Below, in pieces: positions 12,048-24,933 of a DNA stretch of 64,000 nt (the first letter of the stretch is position 1; each line of letters opens with the position of its first letter). Source of the DNA: Babesia bigemina (Eukaryota). The stretch lies in contig NC_027217.1 of NCBI RefSeq assembly GCF_000981445.1, positions 434,001-498,000 of the forward strand. Reading direction: 5' to 3'. A program made the position numbers and the translations under genes. Under the pieces are notes generated by a model that did not search any database, was not told the DNA's origin, and was given only the letters and a program-made list of their open reading frames with translations.

Positions 12048-12343
12048 GCGTCCGACATCAGTGGAAGGTCCGCGTCGGCCGAGCGGTAATCGCACACGGG
12101 TGCACGCTGGCTCCATGGAAGTTCGGCATGACTGGCGTTCTCCCGTCCCTGTTGACGTGCTTTCGCCATATTTCAATATCGTGAACTGCGAGCTAACGTT
12201 CAGGCAATTGAGGTGGCAGGTAAGCAGGCGATTTTTGAGGTAGAATCGACACACCGAGAAGCGGCGAATCTTCCGGCGTTACGGCGGCAAGCCAGCTTTT
12301 TTTGAATGCTAAGGTATATTAAGAACGTGCAGGAAACAACGCC

Positions 12344-13252
12344 ATGCAAGCCTTCCAAGCGTTCGCCGCGGCAGTGTGCCTGCTCGCGCAATACGTCGCG
12401 GCTGTGGCACACAACGCCCGTAACAACCCGTCTCCTCCGGAACTAAGCGCCCCCAGCCACGGACCCACCGCCGCTGTTAACACGGCGCAGCTGCACAACG
12501 TCAAGTTGCCCAACACCGGCTCCGTCTTGCCTTCGCATTCCAACTTCTTAAGCACGATATTCCAGTGGATCTCTGGCGAGCCAGAGACTAAGGTGCGCAA
12601 TTTCACCGAGAATGTGCACTCCGCGGCGGTCGAATTCACGAACATTCACCGGAACAAGTCGATCAAGAAGCCGTTCATCGAGATCCAGAAGTCGGTTGCC
12701 GCCTACTCCGACGACCAGCAGCGTGCCCTGGTGCACTTCACCCTGGGCCATGACACCAAGGCGCAATCTGCCCACGTGACCAGTGCGAAGTTGACGCTCA
12801 AACGCCTGTCTGGCGGTGATGAGTTCGGCGCGGAGTGCCCGAACAAGAAGATCAAGATCACTCGGATCCACCCACCGGAGGGCGAAGGAGCGAACGAGCC
12901 CAAGACCGTGGGCAACACCTACACTGCGGATGTCACCGACAGCGACGTCACTTGCGACCTGACGCCCATGTTCACCGCAGATGTGGCGCCTGCAGACTAC
13001 CACGACTTCTGGCTCATGCTTGAGAGCGAGCCGTTGTGCTACTTCACGTTCGACGGGAAGTCAACCAACGCTTACGTGGCCCTTGTGGTCAACAAATCCG
13101 TCACCGAGGTGCAGCAGTACAAGAACTCCATGATGACGCCCCTCGCCCTCCTCGGCCTCGTTGGTGTCGGCACTACCATTTACCTCTGCACGAAGAACCA
13201 GACCGACTACACTTACTTCCAGGACCAAGGGGAATTCATTGTCGACGCGTGA
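12344..13252 (+). CDS. Type I membrane protein (signal peptide, C-terminal TM helix, short Tyr-containing acidic tail); candidate secretory or micronemal protein
   Basis: Signal MQAFQAFAAAVCLLAQYVAAVA; TM PLALLGLVGVGTTIYLC; tail TKNQTDYTYFQDQGEFIVDA. Confidence 0.8.
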   Translation: MQAFQAFAAAVCLLAQYVAAVAHNARNNPSPPELSAPSHGPTAAVNTAQLHNVKLPNTGSVLPSHSNFLSTIFQWISGEPETKVRNFTENVHSAAVEFTNIHRNKSIKKPFIEIQKSVAAYSDDQQRALVHFTLGHDTKAQSAHVTSAKLTLKRLSGGDEFGAECPNKKIKITRIHPPEGEGANEPKTVGNTYTADVTDSDVTCDLTPMFTADVAPADYHDFWLMLESEPLCYFTFDGKSTNAYVALVVNKSVTEVQQYKNSMMTPLALLGLVGVGTTIYLCTKNQTDYTYFQDQGEFIVDA

Positions 13253-14046
13253 AAGCATGGCCGGCAGCCTTCGCTAATGCAGTTTATCCGACGTTCCGAC
13301 CTCCGATTAGTGCCACCTAAGATTTTAATCACTCCAACACGAGTCCATGCGCACGGTCACTTTCCCGAGCTGATTGCGGCCTGCGTGGCCGCAAACCTTG
13401 TTATAACAATGTCGTCTTGATACTAATTTGGCGCGTAACGTAGTGGGGAGGCCCGCGGTCCTCCGTTGCTGCCATGCACGTAGTGTGGCGTTATACTGGC
13501 CTTCGAATGCGACACTTCGGACGTGCAAAGGCAGTTGACGCCTCGTATGCCGGCATTCTCAGGCTCCCACGTCAGCAATGTCGCTACTCGCAATGAGCTG
13601 TGGACTCAACGCGACCGTTCAACTAATGGACAACCACAGCGGCCGAGCCGTGACACAACCACAATGAAACGGCTGCGAATGCGCCCAACTTGATGATTTA
13701 CATAAACGCGCGTTAATTGTAATGTACAGCGCTGGCAGCTCGCGTGGGCCGCCTCGTTGCGTAAAGCAAGGTTGGGAGAGGGCGGCGCCAGGGCACGCCT
13801 GCACGCTGACATAACATACAACAAGCCTCCTAAGTTTTTAAAGCCGTATCCTGTGAGGCTAGCTTTAACTGTGAAACCGGCCAAGCGCAGGGCGAAACAA
13901 CTCCATCATGCGCCATCCACGGAGCCCTCCCAATAGAGGCGCCGGGGACTCGACTCCACGCCGGTCGACATAATGCAGCTCCAATTGTCTAATGTTACAA
14001 GCACCTCAGGTCGATGTTAGCCGCATCTGGATCGAATCGTGCGCGA

Positions 14047-14679
14047 TTAGCGACCCGTGGGAACAGAGAAGGAGCTGGGATCACGATTGAAGGATTTCTG
14101 AGATCACATGAGCGTTACGACGACGGATGCGCACCTCTATAAGGCCGAGCACAATTTTTCCGCTCGGGCTTTGCTCAATGCGATCGATCATCTTCACGTA
14201 CTCGTCGGGGATGCCGTTCCCGGTGAGGAATTCCGCCGCGGTGTTTGTGAAGTGGTTGCAGTTCCAGCGCAACAGGTGGTAGGATTCCGGGGAGAAGGTG
14301 ACTTGCAAGCTGTCGATGTATCTGCGCAGCGTGATCACGACCTGGGCACTACCTACTCGTGGAACAGCTCTTTGGTGACGCTGGTCTCACCAAGCAAAAT
14401 CTTGCGAGTCAACGGCAGATTGGTCGCCTCTTCGCAGCGCGCCTCCTCGCAATAGGATATGCCCTGGCCTGAAACGCATTCCTCCGGTTAACGCGAGCCT
14501 GACCCACCGAACAAGTACTCGTTGCCGAATACGGCGATGCTGGTGTGCCACAGTCCGTCCATCTGGAATCCCAGCAGGGGCATCGATATCATGGACGCCA
14601 TGCCACGGGAAAGGTCGTACACCTTCAGGTATACTGGGGTCAGGCCGGCGCCCGCGTCGTCCTTCAACTGCTCCGACAT
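14047..14679 (-). CDS. PPPDE/DeSI-family desumoylating or deubiquitinating peptidase (multi-exon)
   Basis: [11 protein letters not shown], catalytic His motif [17 protein letters not shown], catalytic Cys motif [11 protein letters not shown]. Predicted last exon ends at TAA 14047. Confidence 0.9.
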
Positions 14680-15297
14680 GCTGGCACGCTTCAACGAACA
14701 CGACGCCAAATGGCTTTTACTGGGGCATTCGCAGGAATTCACCTCTGTAGCCTTGCAATCGAGGCCTTTAGCACGCACTGAAGGTGGTGGCAATTTTTGC
14801 GCCGGAATCCGGAGCGCAGAAGGTGCTGACGATATCCGGAACGCCGCAGAATCCACAACTGGCCCCAAACTTCTCAACACCAACACGGCTAGAACAAGAA
14901 TTCCGAGTGCTCTCGCAAACGACGTCGATCCCGGTGTCAGGCGAAGGCGACCTAGCATGTCACGGTACGATCGCGTCTGATCGGATGCTGGGTCGTGGGT
15001 ACGGGATCACGGAGTATGCGCATCAATCGGCGCCGAAGGCAACAGCCACAGGTACCACGTTTCTGACTGCGGTGTGTATGCACGTTTCGATGCGCAGAGC
15101 GCGGATTTTGGGACTCTGATGGGCACCCGCGCACCCGTGACGTGAGGACACCCTATCCGCACGCCTCATACGCGAGACGTAGGCCGGCTAACCGGCGGCA
15201 TCTAGCGGAAATCCGTCTTCAAGACGCGCTACATTCCGCGGCAACTCGCGGACTAGACGCTAAACAGCCGAACCGCTGCGCGGTGACTCGCGCCAAG

Positions 15298-18200
15298 ATG
15301 TCGCAGGTGTGTCGACACGGCGTTTGCTGTAGACATTGCTCGCAGGAAGCGGAGATACTCAATCTGCTTCGCCTAGGGCGGCGCGATGCCTTCGAGGCGC
15401 GGCTGCAGCAGTTTAGAAGGTTGCAGGTGAGCGACGAAACGCAACATGTGACGGAGCGCAGCTCTCGCAGTCGAGGGCCGGCAAGGGCAAGCTCTGCAGG
15501 CTCATCAACCACGTCGTGCACTCGGATGGACAGTGTAGGTCGTTGGATGTCCGTTGTCACGCGGTGCAGATGCGACGGTGCTAATCGAGGATATCTCCAA
15601 CCTGCTCAACGACGCGGACACGCTCGTCAGGATCGACGCGCTCGCCGCCTTCGCGTCGTCTGCGCACCTGTTCATGTTCCACGTGCTGTTGGCTCGGGCC
15701 GTGCACCCTTCGAGCCAGACGGCCAGGGACGCCGTGGCTGATCTTGCATGTGCCCTCAGCCTGGTGCGGCGCGCCGCGGTGGACATGGACGCGAGCGACT
15801 GCCGAGGGAAGAACGGACTCGCCAGCGTCGCTGACCTTGTGCATTCCGGGACGCGTTCGCCTGTGGCAAATGCCATCAGGGTGGTCATGATGGAGCTTGC
15901 GATCCTGGCCCAGCTCGGGGTCGCCCCGGGCAAGTCAGCAAGGCCGAGCCCCGGGCCGGCGACGTCGGAGGCCAAAGAGTCAGACGTGCCCCAACCCGAA
16001 CTCCCCCAGGAAGCGGGAGCAACCCATCGCAACTACGTAGAGGCCAATGGCCGACCCAACCGCAGATACGATTCCGATGACTGGCGGTGCATCGTCCGCG
16101 ACGATGCGGAGCTCATGGCGCAGATAACCCCCTGGAGCGCAAGCGCGACCAGGTTGCTAGTGGGGTGCATATGCGCGGCGACTAGGTCAAACAAGCCCGG
16201 GACGCTTGAGCGCAGCCTGATCGCAGCGGAGTCCATATCGACGCTGGTCTCCCACTACCCGCACCAGTACTTCCACGCCCTCGTGCCAGCCCTCATCGCG
16301 ACGCACACGCACCTGTTCAGGACGGTGGGGGCGTACGAAAGCATGATCCTCCGCGTCTTCACGAGCCAGGAGGCGCAGCCGTTCCACCCGCAGTTGGTGG
16401 CCATGCTGAACGCGGCGGGATACAAGTGCGAGCTGGCGGAAATGTACAAGCGGGCGCACATCACCGCCTCCGGTAACAAGTGCTACGCCGCTGACGCCGA
16501 GGCTGGCGTCAGGGAGGACGACGCCGTCAACTTCGTCGCCATGATCGCGGAGAGCGGCGACGCCGAGGCGCGGTTCCAACTGGCCACCAAGAAGCTCGAG
16601 AACAGGCTGGACGACGAGGTGCTGAAGGGCTACAAGGCGGCGCAAGTGTTCGAGTGCAGCGCGCTGGCTGTGAAGAACATGACCACCGCGGACAACGTGT
16701 TCAACTGCGCCAACGCGCAGCTGAGGGTGGGCCCGCCTATGCTCCCGGCCGATGAGCCCGCGCTTGAGCTCGACTGCACGCCCAACCCCAAGTACACCAT
16801 GCCCGCGAGCGTCGCGCAGATAAGGCCCACGCCGTGCGAAGCCATACGCGAGCACCACAAGCTGTACAGCCTGCTGCTCGCCACGCAAATGATGGACACG
16901 GCGGTGTCGTACACGTGGCATTTGAGGGCGGCTGTCGCTTTGGGCAACAGACGTGACCGCTTCGACTTCTTCAACCGCGCTCTACTCAACAGGCTGTTCA
17001 TGTCCGTGACGCTGCCCAAGGAGACGCAGCGTAACCTGCTCGACGCGCTTCTGGATCACATGGCCCAGATGGTCATGATCAACTCCAAACTGGGGGGCCC
17101 GGTTCAGGAGAGGCAGGGCGGTCGTCAGAAGGCCGCGACCCTCGAGTCGTCGCTTGCCGATGCCCGAAACATGGGCGTCAAGGAGCTGATGACGCACGTT
17201 GCTTCATCGCACCAATCCGCGCTGCTGGAGCAGCTGCTCGACTCCGTGAGCCAGCTGCTGCTCACCAAGGCCTGCATCGAACTCGCCAAGGGTGTGGTTC
17301 GGGGCACCAAAGACGAGGTCATCAGGGAGCTTAACGAGGCAAACTCAGGCGACGCGGCCGGGCAACCGACGGGTGGTGAGATCCAGGAGTCAGCTGCCGC
17401 TGGGCGCCTGGGGTACGGGGAGCTGGTGGAGATCGTCATCTCCAAGCTGTACGTGCCGTGGATACTGGAGGTGGTGGAGATACGCGACGCTTACGTGCTT
17501 CAGATCTGCAAGTTCCTGCTCAACATGCCGTTCATACCCTTATCGCTCGTCAATCAGATTAGCGAGTGGCTGCTTGACCCCACCAGCAGGAGGCTCGCGT
17601 TTTCGCTCATCTCGAACATCCTCAAAAAATCGCAGTGCACGGATCTCAAGCAGCGCGTGCTAGAGCTCTTTTTGCGCAGCATCGTCAGCGAAGACGGGGA
17701 GATTAGGGGCCTCTTCCTGAAGCTCGTCTCCTCGCCCAAGGGGCTGTACCGCGTCAACGCCGAAGGCAGGCGCTACAGCGTCTTCGCGACGGAAGCCGCG
17801 CACGATGCGCTGGTGGCGTGGGCGCGTTCTGGAGGCGGGTGCGCCAAGTGCGGCGTTGGGCCCTACCTTTCCAAGGAGGTCATCGAGGAGTGCGACGAGC
17901 TGGCCGGTAGGCCCGTCTGGCAGTGGACCAAGGGTCTCATCACCGAAATTGCGGGCGCACACAAGTCAGCTGGCACGCTGACCAGTACTAAGTGCAAGGG
18001 CTGCGAGTGGCAGGAGCTGTACGACGAGGTCAACAAGGCGCCGGAGGTGGACACGCAGCTGGCGATCGAGTGGTCGCTGCTGCCCTCGGTCTGGCTGGAG
18101 GAGCTCTTCGCGCTCATGGCGATGCCAGACGCCCTGAGGGCGCATCCGTTCCTCGTGGACCTGATCGGCGCTGTGGGTTTGGAGGAGCGCGACGTCGACA

Positions 18201-19183
18201 CCATGGAACCCGTCATCGTCGCTGCCGGGAAGAACGCAGCGCTTGTGCCATTCATCTGCCAGATCTCCGACAAGTTCGACGAGGACACGACGGCCAAGGC
18301 GGGGCGCAACTGCTGCGCGCACGTGGCGGAGATCACGCGTGTCCTGAGGCACGAGCCGCAGATGAACGCATTCCTCGTCACGCTCCTGGGGGAGGTGCGC
18401 GCAATGTGGCTCGACCCCAAGTACAACCTGGTGGAGTCGTGGCAGCGGGAATCGTCGCCCACCAAGCGTCTGGTTGAGGTTGCGCTGGGCCACCTGGAGA
18501 CGTGCGAGGAGTACGTGCTGCAGCTGACGCCGTTCCTAGGTGTCGAGCAGCTGGAGGCGGTCGTCACGCACCTGTTCACCAAGAGCACCGAGGAGAAGCT
18601 GCAGCGATGCCTGTCGCTGCTGCTGGAGGTGCCTGCGACCTTCCGGAAGGAGCAGAAAGAGCTCAACCTCGCGCTGCCGCAGCACTTCATGTACCACTGC
18701 TACGGCATGAAGCCCAACAAGGAGCTGCTCAAACGGCAAACCGGCCTGCTGGATCTCTGCGTGGAGTGCTGCGTGAACGGGCAGATGAGCGTGGAGTCCG
18801 CGCTGTCTGCGTGCACGCTCATCGTGGAGAGCCCCGAGGACGTGTCGTTCGTGTTCGGCAGGGTGCTCTGCCAGCTGGTGCAGAAGGTGCCGCAAACGCG
18901 CAGCGTGGTGGTGCAGGCCATTCTGCCTGCGCTGTTCAAGCGCCGTGCGTGGGAGGACAAGATGCTGTGGCGCGGAGTGGTGATTTGCATGACGTCGCTC
19001 TGGCCTGGCCACAAGGAGCAGCTGTGCCGGCTCATCCTGCTGCTGCCGCAGCAGCAGGGCGAAGCCACCATCAAGACGCTGCAAACTCAGCACAACATCG
19101 TCGCCTTCATGGAGTCAACGCTCCCGCAGCTGGACCAAACGGTGCACATTCCGGCGTACATCAAGACCATGCTCTCGCTGTAG
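15298..19183 (+). CDS. Symplekin/Pta1-like 3'-end processing scaffold (short 5' exons plus one long exon)
   Basis: C-terminus FGRVLCQLVQKVPQTRSVVVQAILPALFKRRAWEDKMLWRGVVICM...LILLLP matches the symplekin C-terminal pattern; helical-repeat composition; predicted start ATG TCG CAG|gt at 15298. Confidence 0.75.
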
Positions 19184-19510
19184 TCGCGCTGCGCTATGCC
19201 GCCAGCTAGGGTGGGACGGCTGCGGCAGTGGCGCCACTGGGAGCGATGGCATCCGTCATCTGTTTCGAGTGGATGCACGAACGCGCCGTCAGCAATTTGT
19301 AGTCACCTTCGACGGCGCACCTCTACTCTTGCCGTGAACATCGTTCAGCTCAATATCGGTCAAATCGCCTTTTCGCACAACTGCGTCAGCACATGTAATG
19401 CTGCAGCTCCGAGACTTGGCAAGCTTTGCGCGAACCCTGGCACGTTAGTGTCGCGCCGGTGTCTGACAGTGTGCCACCGAACATAAACACAATTTTTGCG
19501 CCATCTACGA

Positions 19511-19584
19511 GGGTAGTTGGCGCAGTTGGTTAGCGCGCGGGTCTCATAATCCCGAGGTCGTGAGTTCGAGCCTCACACTACCCA
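19511..19584 (+). tRNA. tRNA-Met (CAT), elongator type
   Basis: Acceptor stem GGGTAGT/ACTACCC, A-box TGGCGCAGTTGG, anticodon loop CTCATAA, T-loop GTTCGAG, and a TTTT Pol III terminator at 19590-19593. Confidence 0.97.
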
Positions 19585-19735
19585 GTACCTTTTGTCGCTA
19601 TATTCAGTGGCTTTTTATCGTCGCACCGCGCGTGTTCGCGCGATGTTGTATGGTTAGCACAACGCGCTGACGGCAAGACGAACCTAGGCATCGCCGGCCA
19701 GGCGCCTCCGCGCGTACACCTACTCTGCCGACGCC

Positions 19736-20161
19736 ATGGACCCCCCGGATGCCGAGCCTAATGGCGCTGCCGAAGCGGCAGCGAGCGCGCTCGCGGACGA
19801 GCTGCAAAGTCTTGACTCTGCATCGCATCACTCTGCTTCCATTGAGCCCGGTGAGCTCTCCGCAAGACGCGCGTCGATCTCCTCCACGCCCAGCCTCGAC
19901 GGGTCGAGCAGAGGCAACGAGGTACCGTGCATCAACATTCCAGGCGACCACAATGTGGAGCACAACCCATGGGAAGGCCCTGAGGGCACCTCCAGCGCCA
20001 CGCCTCAGGACGAGGACAATCCCGCCACCTCGGACGTCATGAAATACGGAATGGAAGGGCTGCTGGAGGCGCTCAAGAAGTACCCGAGCACACATCCACC
20101 TATAGTATCGCAGGATGGCGTTAACGAGGAGCTGTTGAGGCACCGTCTTTTGGAGAGCTGA
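19736..20161 (+). CDS. Acidic, Ser-rich hypothetical protein (141 aa)
   Basis: GCCATGG start context and coding-like codon usage; no recognisable domain. Confidence 0.5.
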   Translation: MDPPDAEPNGAAEAAASALADELQSLDSASHHSASIEPGELSARRASISSTPSLDGSSRGNEVPCINIPGDHNVEHNPWEGPEGTSSATPQDEDNPATSDVMKYGMEGLLEALKKYPSTHPPIVSQDGVNEELLRHRLLES

Positions 20162-20649
20162 TTCCGGGCGCCGCGCGGTAGTGGCAGCGCAGCGTGCGGC
20201 CGGCAATATCGGGAGTGCACAACGCGAATACCACGATTTTGTGCCGTGTGACGGGCGGGAACTGCGTGGCAAGGGCGGGGCCATGTTGGCCTAGGCTGCG
20301 GAATGCGCAGGCGTAAGACACGTCGCCACCGGCTCGTTGGATGCGTAACGACATGTGAGTGTAAGCACATAAGGGTGCCAAACTACCGAACTATATTCGT
20401 GATTGAGCGCGGCTGATTTAACTTCCGCGATAGTGGCCTCCGCGCCTTGCGCTACGCAACGCCCGTACCAGCGCACACACGAGCGAACTGCACGACTAAC
20501 AACTTAAATTTTGGCAGCGATAGACGTTTGTAGGTGGAAGCTGCGCAAACAGCCAGCAACTCGCGCCGGTCAGCCGACGCGGTCGCGCGTGCCTCTCCTC
20601 CCCATCCTGCGGAGGCTGCCAAGAACACCCCCTAACAAGCACTTGCAAA

Positions 20650-22010
20650 ATGACCACGTTCGTGCCGTTATCGCCGGACACAGAGGGAGCGGTCAGCTCC
20701 GCCGCGCTCGGCGACTGGATCCTGTCCATCATCAAGGTCCGCGAGCCCTCAAAAACGGCGGACTACTACTCCAAGCTGCTTAACCTTTTCCAGGAGGTAG
20801 ATGGCGAGCAGGTCATCAAGGATTCGTTCCAGCTGTTCGAGCTGCTGCTGAGCGGGAACGAAATGGTGTTCGCCTTCCTGAACGACGCGATGAAGGGTGA
20901 AACTACCGTTATTGCCATCGACGCGAACACCAAGGAGGAGGTGGAGGTGAGAGATGGCCGCGGCAAATACATGGCGATGCAGCTCCAAGTGAAATACAAC
21001 GACGCGCTCAGGCAGGTGGAGGAGTACTTCACGGTGCTGATGTATATGCTCCAGCTGAGGTTCACCAGCAACGCGCAAATCGAGAAGGCGGGCAACTTGC
21101 TGCTGAAGGCCATCACCATGGACGACTCGTGCGCTGAGCTGAGGCTGAGGCTGCTGCAGATGCTCTACAACAGCGTGGACCCGACGCTGCCGCTCAGGGT
21201 GGTGGTGTACATCGCGCTGCTCGAGTTCGCCGCCAGAAACGACATCTTCCACACGCTCATCCCGGTGATTCAGAAGGTAGGGCGACTTCAGCGGGCAACC
21301 ATGTGGCGCAGCTCGACGACTGGATGAAGGACTGGGCGCTGGACAACAACACCAAGATCCACATTTGCCGCATCATCTCGGAACAGCTCGACAAGATGGG
21401 CAAGACGGAGATGGCGTACAAGTACTGGGAGAAGCGCATCGCGTGCTGCGACGGTCCGGCGATGATGACGCCCGAGAACGTGGATGCGGCCGCGAACTTC
21501 TGCATCAGGAGCATCAAGGCGCCCGACGTGCTCTACTTCGACCGGCTGCGCACGATGCCGGCGATGGAGCACCTCGGCCGCACCAATTACGCGGCCCTGA
21601 AGGAGCTGCTTGACCTCCTGGTCGAGGGCAACAACGACGACCTCGAGGCCATTGTCGCCAAGCACGGCGAGGGGAGCTTGGAGTCCATGGGCGTGCCCAT
21701 CGACATCTGCCGCTGGAAGATCCAGCTGCTCACGCTGGCGACCATCTGCCAGAACGAGCCGCACGTACCAATCGCACGGGTGCAGCAGCAGCTGCGCCTC
21801 ACCAGGGAGCAAGTCGAGGAGCTCGTCGTCACGGCCATCACCAAGGGCGTCATCGACGGCCTCATCGACCAGAAGAGCGAGCAGATCATCATACGGTCGG
21901 TCATGCAGCGGCACTTCGGGGAGCAGCAGCTGAAGCAGCTGCACTCCAACCTGATGCAGTGGAAGGGCTGCATCAACAACCTCATTGCCGTTCTGGGCAC
22001 CCACAACTAA
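20650..22010 (+). CDS. eIF3m: Translation initiation factor 3 subunit M (PCI domain; two predicted introns)
   Basis: [10 protein letters not shown]...RVVVY, and PCI C-terminus [10 protein letters not shown]...[20 protein letters not shown]...[19 protein letters not shown]. Confidence 0.88.
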
Positions 22011-22082
22011 CACTCAATCGTCGACCACATAGCGCTACATGGTGTGCAACATTACTGGCGGGTACGGTGGCGCGTTCGCCGG

Positions 22083-23447
22083 TCACATGTCGAAGATGCG
22101 CGACAGCTTCTGGATGCGGTTGATCAGCAGGTCGCCCTCCTTGACGATTTCGATGTAGTTGGTGTTGCGATCGTCCATGATGCTGTTCTCGATGATGCCG
22201 TTGACCAGGTCGATTTTGCAGTCCAGGCGCATGCCGCTGATGTATGAGACGAGCTCGCGCTCCAGGAACTCGGCGGGGAGCTGGAAGGCGTGGGCCATGT
22301 TCTCGATGGTCACGGACTTGTACGGCCGCAGGAACTGCCTGTAGGCCGGGAGACGCGCCTGGCGCAAGAAGTAGTTGCAGTAACGCGCCATGTAGCGGTC
22401 CCTGAGCACCAGCTCCGACGTGCGCACTGAACGGGGTGAAGCCGCACTGCCGGGAACCTACCCAGGCTCATCATGAAGTTCTTGTAGTTGCAGTGGTAGA
22501 AGTCGTGGATCAGGTGGTGCAGCGCTGACCCTTCCGAGGCCACCTGGGCCACCTCGGCCGACTCCAGCAGCTTGCTGCGTATGGTCGGGCGGTCCATCGT
22601 TATCAGCGACAGCACGACGGTGTACAGCACGAGCTCCTCGAGCGTGATGAGCTCAGTGGCCGTGAATGTGGACAACGAGTTCAGCAGGAGCTCCGCGGCC
22701 GGCTTGAACTTGCGGCAGATTATCAGCTGGAGCGACTCGTAAATGTGCAGGCGGTTGCGTATCTCCCAATCGCCGCGGTTCTCGATGTCCCTGGCAACAG
22801 TCACAGCAGACGAGGCAAAACCCACTTCTTCGCTCGCTCCATGTACTTCATCAGCAGAGGGACGTCGTTGAAGAAGAACGCGACGCGCAGCAAGCACAGC
22901 ACGATCTCAAGCTTGCTGTTCACGCCCACAGTCTGACTCAGCGCAGACTCGTATTGCGATACCGCCCTCTCCTGCAAAGCGTGAGCGTCGGGCGCCACTG
23001 GCCACCTACGTGGTCACCAATCTTCAGGTAGTAGTTTGCTTTCTCGAGCACGGCGTCCTTCACTTCGGACGAGCCGAAGTTCTTCTGCGCGAACTCGATC
23101 TTCTCGTCGAGCTCCGCCAGCGTCTTTGCGTTGACTTCGCGCAGGTCCTCCATCGCCGGCACGTCACACATCAGCGGCATCTGCTCGCGCAGGCGCTCCA
23201 GGTAGGGATACATCTCTGCAGGCCGTCATGGGCGCCCGAACCGAACCGACCATTTTTCACGATGTGCTCCAGCAGCGACTTCTTGACCTGAGCCGTGTCC
23301 ACCGATGCCTCAGCTGGCAACGTTAACAGATGCCTGCGCGTAACGCTCGGGACGCACATCCGCGGCAGCCTACCTCAATCGATCGATCTCGAAATTCGGC
23401 AGCGTCTTCATCGTCGCCGTTGCGGCGTTATCCCTCCTGCGACCCAT
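22083..23447 (-). CDS. RPN7: 26S proteasome lid subunit RPN7/PSMD6 (multi-exon)
   Basis: NFGSSEVKDA...KANYYLKIGD, GDWEIRNRL, STFTATELI, YRQFLRPYKSVTIENMAHAF, LDCKIDLVNG, VKEGDLLINRIQKLSR. Confidence 0.95.
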
Positions 23448-24107
23448 TATAACACGGATCAGCGCATCGAGATATTAGCGCTCTGTCAAAAACTCACCTG
23501 TGCGAATGGTCCGCCATTGTAAGTAGCAACTGCGTTCGACGGCTCGCGACACCTGGGCAGGGGTACAACGCAGGCGCACCCTAGCAGCAAAACACCGCTC
23601 CGCGCCTATGTAAGTAAGCTATTGGCGATTACAATGGGCTACGCTGTGTCTAGGTGCGGTAGAAGGATGCTACTGACGGTAACGGACGCGAGGCTGCTCC
23701 GCCAAGAGCTGAAGGCGCCGCGTCTTTCGGAGCGCGCACAACCGCCTGAGAAACAACACCAAAATTGCAACAGTTTGTTTCGGCACGCTCCTGGCAACTG
23801 CGCTCGCAGTCGGCTAGCGTGGTCGCTTTAACCGGCCGTGAAGGGTACGGAATGAGGTCCCCTCGACCACGCACGTCACGGGCGTGAGCTACCCGAGTAA
23901 AATCGGAGTAAAAGGTCTAGGGTAATAAATATCAGTGGCGTGTGTGCAAGCAGCAGCGGCGTAACTTCACTGCCGAGGCATATCGCGGAGGCGCCCTCCC
24001 CATCGCGGTTCATGGGGACACGAAAAAGCGAGCAACAGCCGTACATACAGACGTTTCTATCCGCGCGTAATACGCAACAGTATCGTTAGCAACTAGCAGC
24101 GGTCGAA

Positions 24108-24703
24108 ATGAAGGCACTCAAATCGAAGTCCCAGGTCAAAAAGGCCCCCGTGGGACAGAAGTCCAAGTTCATGCTAGACTGCACGGCTCCTGCCAACGAC
24201 AACATCATCAACCCCTCGGGATTGGTAAGCTTTAGTTTGTGTGGATACTGGCGGCGGTGTCAAAGCGAGGGGTGCCGGCAACGGCGCGGTAACCCGATGG
24301 CGCAACACCTCCGACGGCTGCGCCGATAAACACGCTCCCGCCACGCTCGCCAGAGCGACACATATGTGCTACGTGTATTGCCGTATTTGTTGACGGTCGT
24401 TCACAACCGCGCAGGAGAAGTTTTTGCAAGATCGCATCAAGGTTGATGGCAAGACCGGAAACCTGGGAACCAGCGTCACGGTGACCAGGGAGAAGAACAA
24501 GATCCACGTCACCGCGGAGGTGCCCTTCTCGAAGAGATACATTAAGGTATGTGACCAGCCGTAGGGCCTAACCGCCGCCGCAGTACCTCACCAAGAAGTA
24601 CCTCAAGAAGCAGCAGCTTCGTGACTTCCTGCGCGTCGTAGCAAACAAGGAGAACTCTTACGAGCTCCGCTACTTCCAGATCAACGACGAGGCAGAGGCA
24701 TAA
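24108..24703 (+). CDS. RPL22: 60S ribosomal protein eL22 (two introns)
   Basis: [14 protein letters not shown] | [18 protein letters not shown]...PFSKRYIK | [20 protein letters not shown]...YELRYF. Confidence 0.96.
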
Positions 24704-24933
24704 GCGGCATGTAGCTGCTGCGTATGTACGCGGACCACCAGCCACTAATGATACTAATCAGCCACGGAACTGCCGTCTTGGCGTTCGCACACTCATAACA
24801 ATTTTGTGATGACGCTTGTTTTGGTGTAAATTTTCGTAGGGTGGCCATTTTCGGCGTGGTGGCCACCCTGCCTGCTGCCGCCTTCCACTGCCACCGTCAG
24901 GCGGTCAGTTGGCACATCAAGGAACGAGAGGAG

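Noticed and set aside
13325..13528. Minus ORF containing HAGRNQLGKVTVR, resembling the ribosomal uL2 N-terminal motif
   Set aside because: No in-frame ATG, an upstream in-frame stop, and no following H/R-GGG motif; probably chance.
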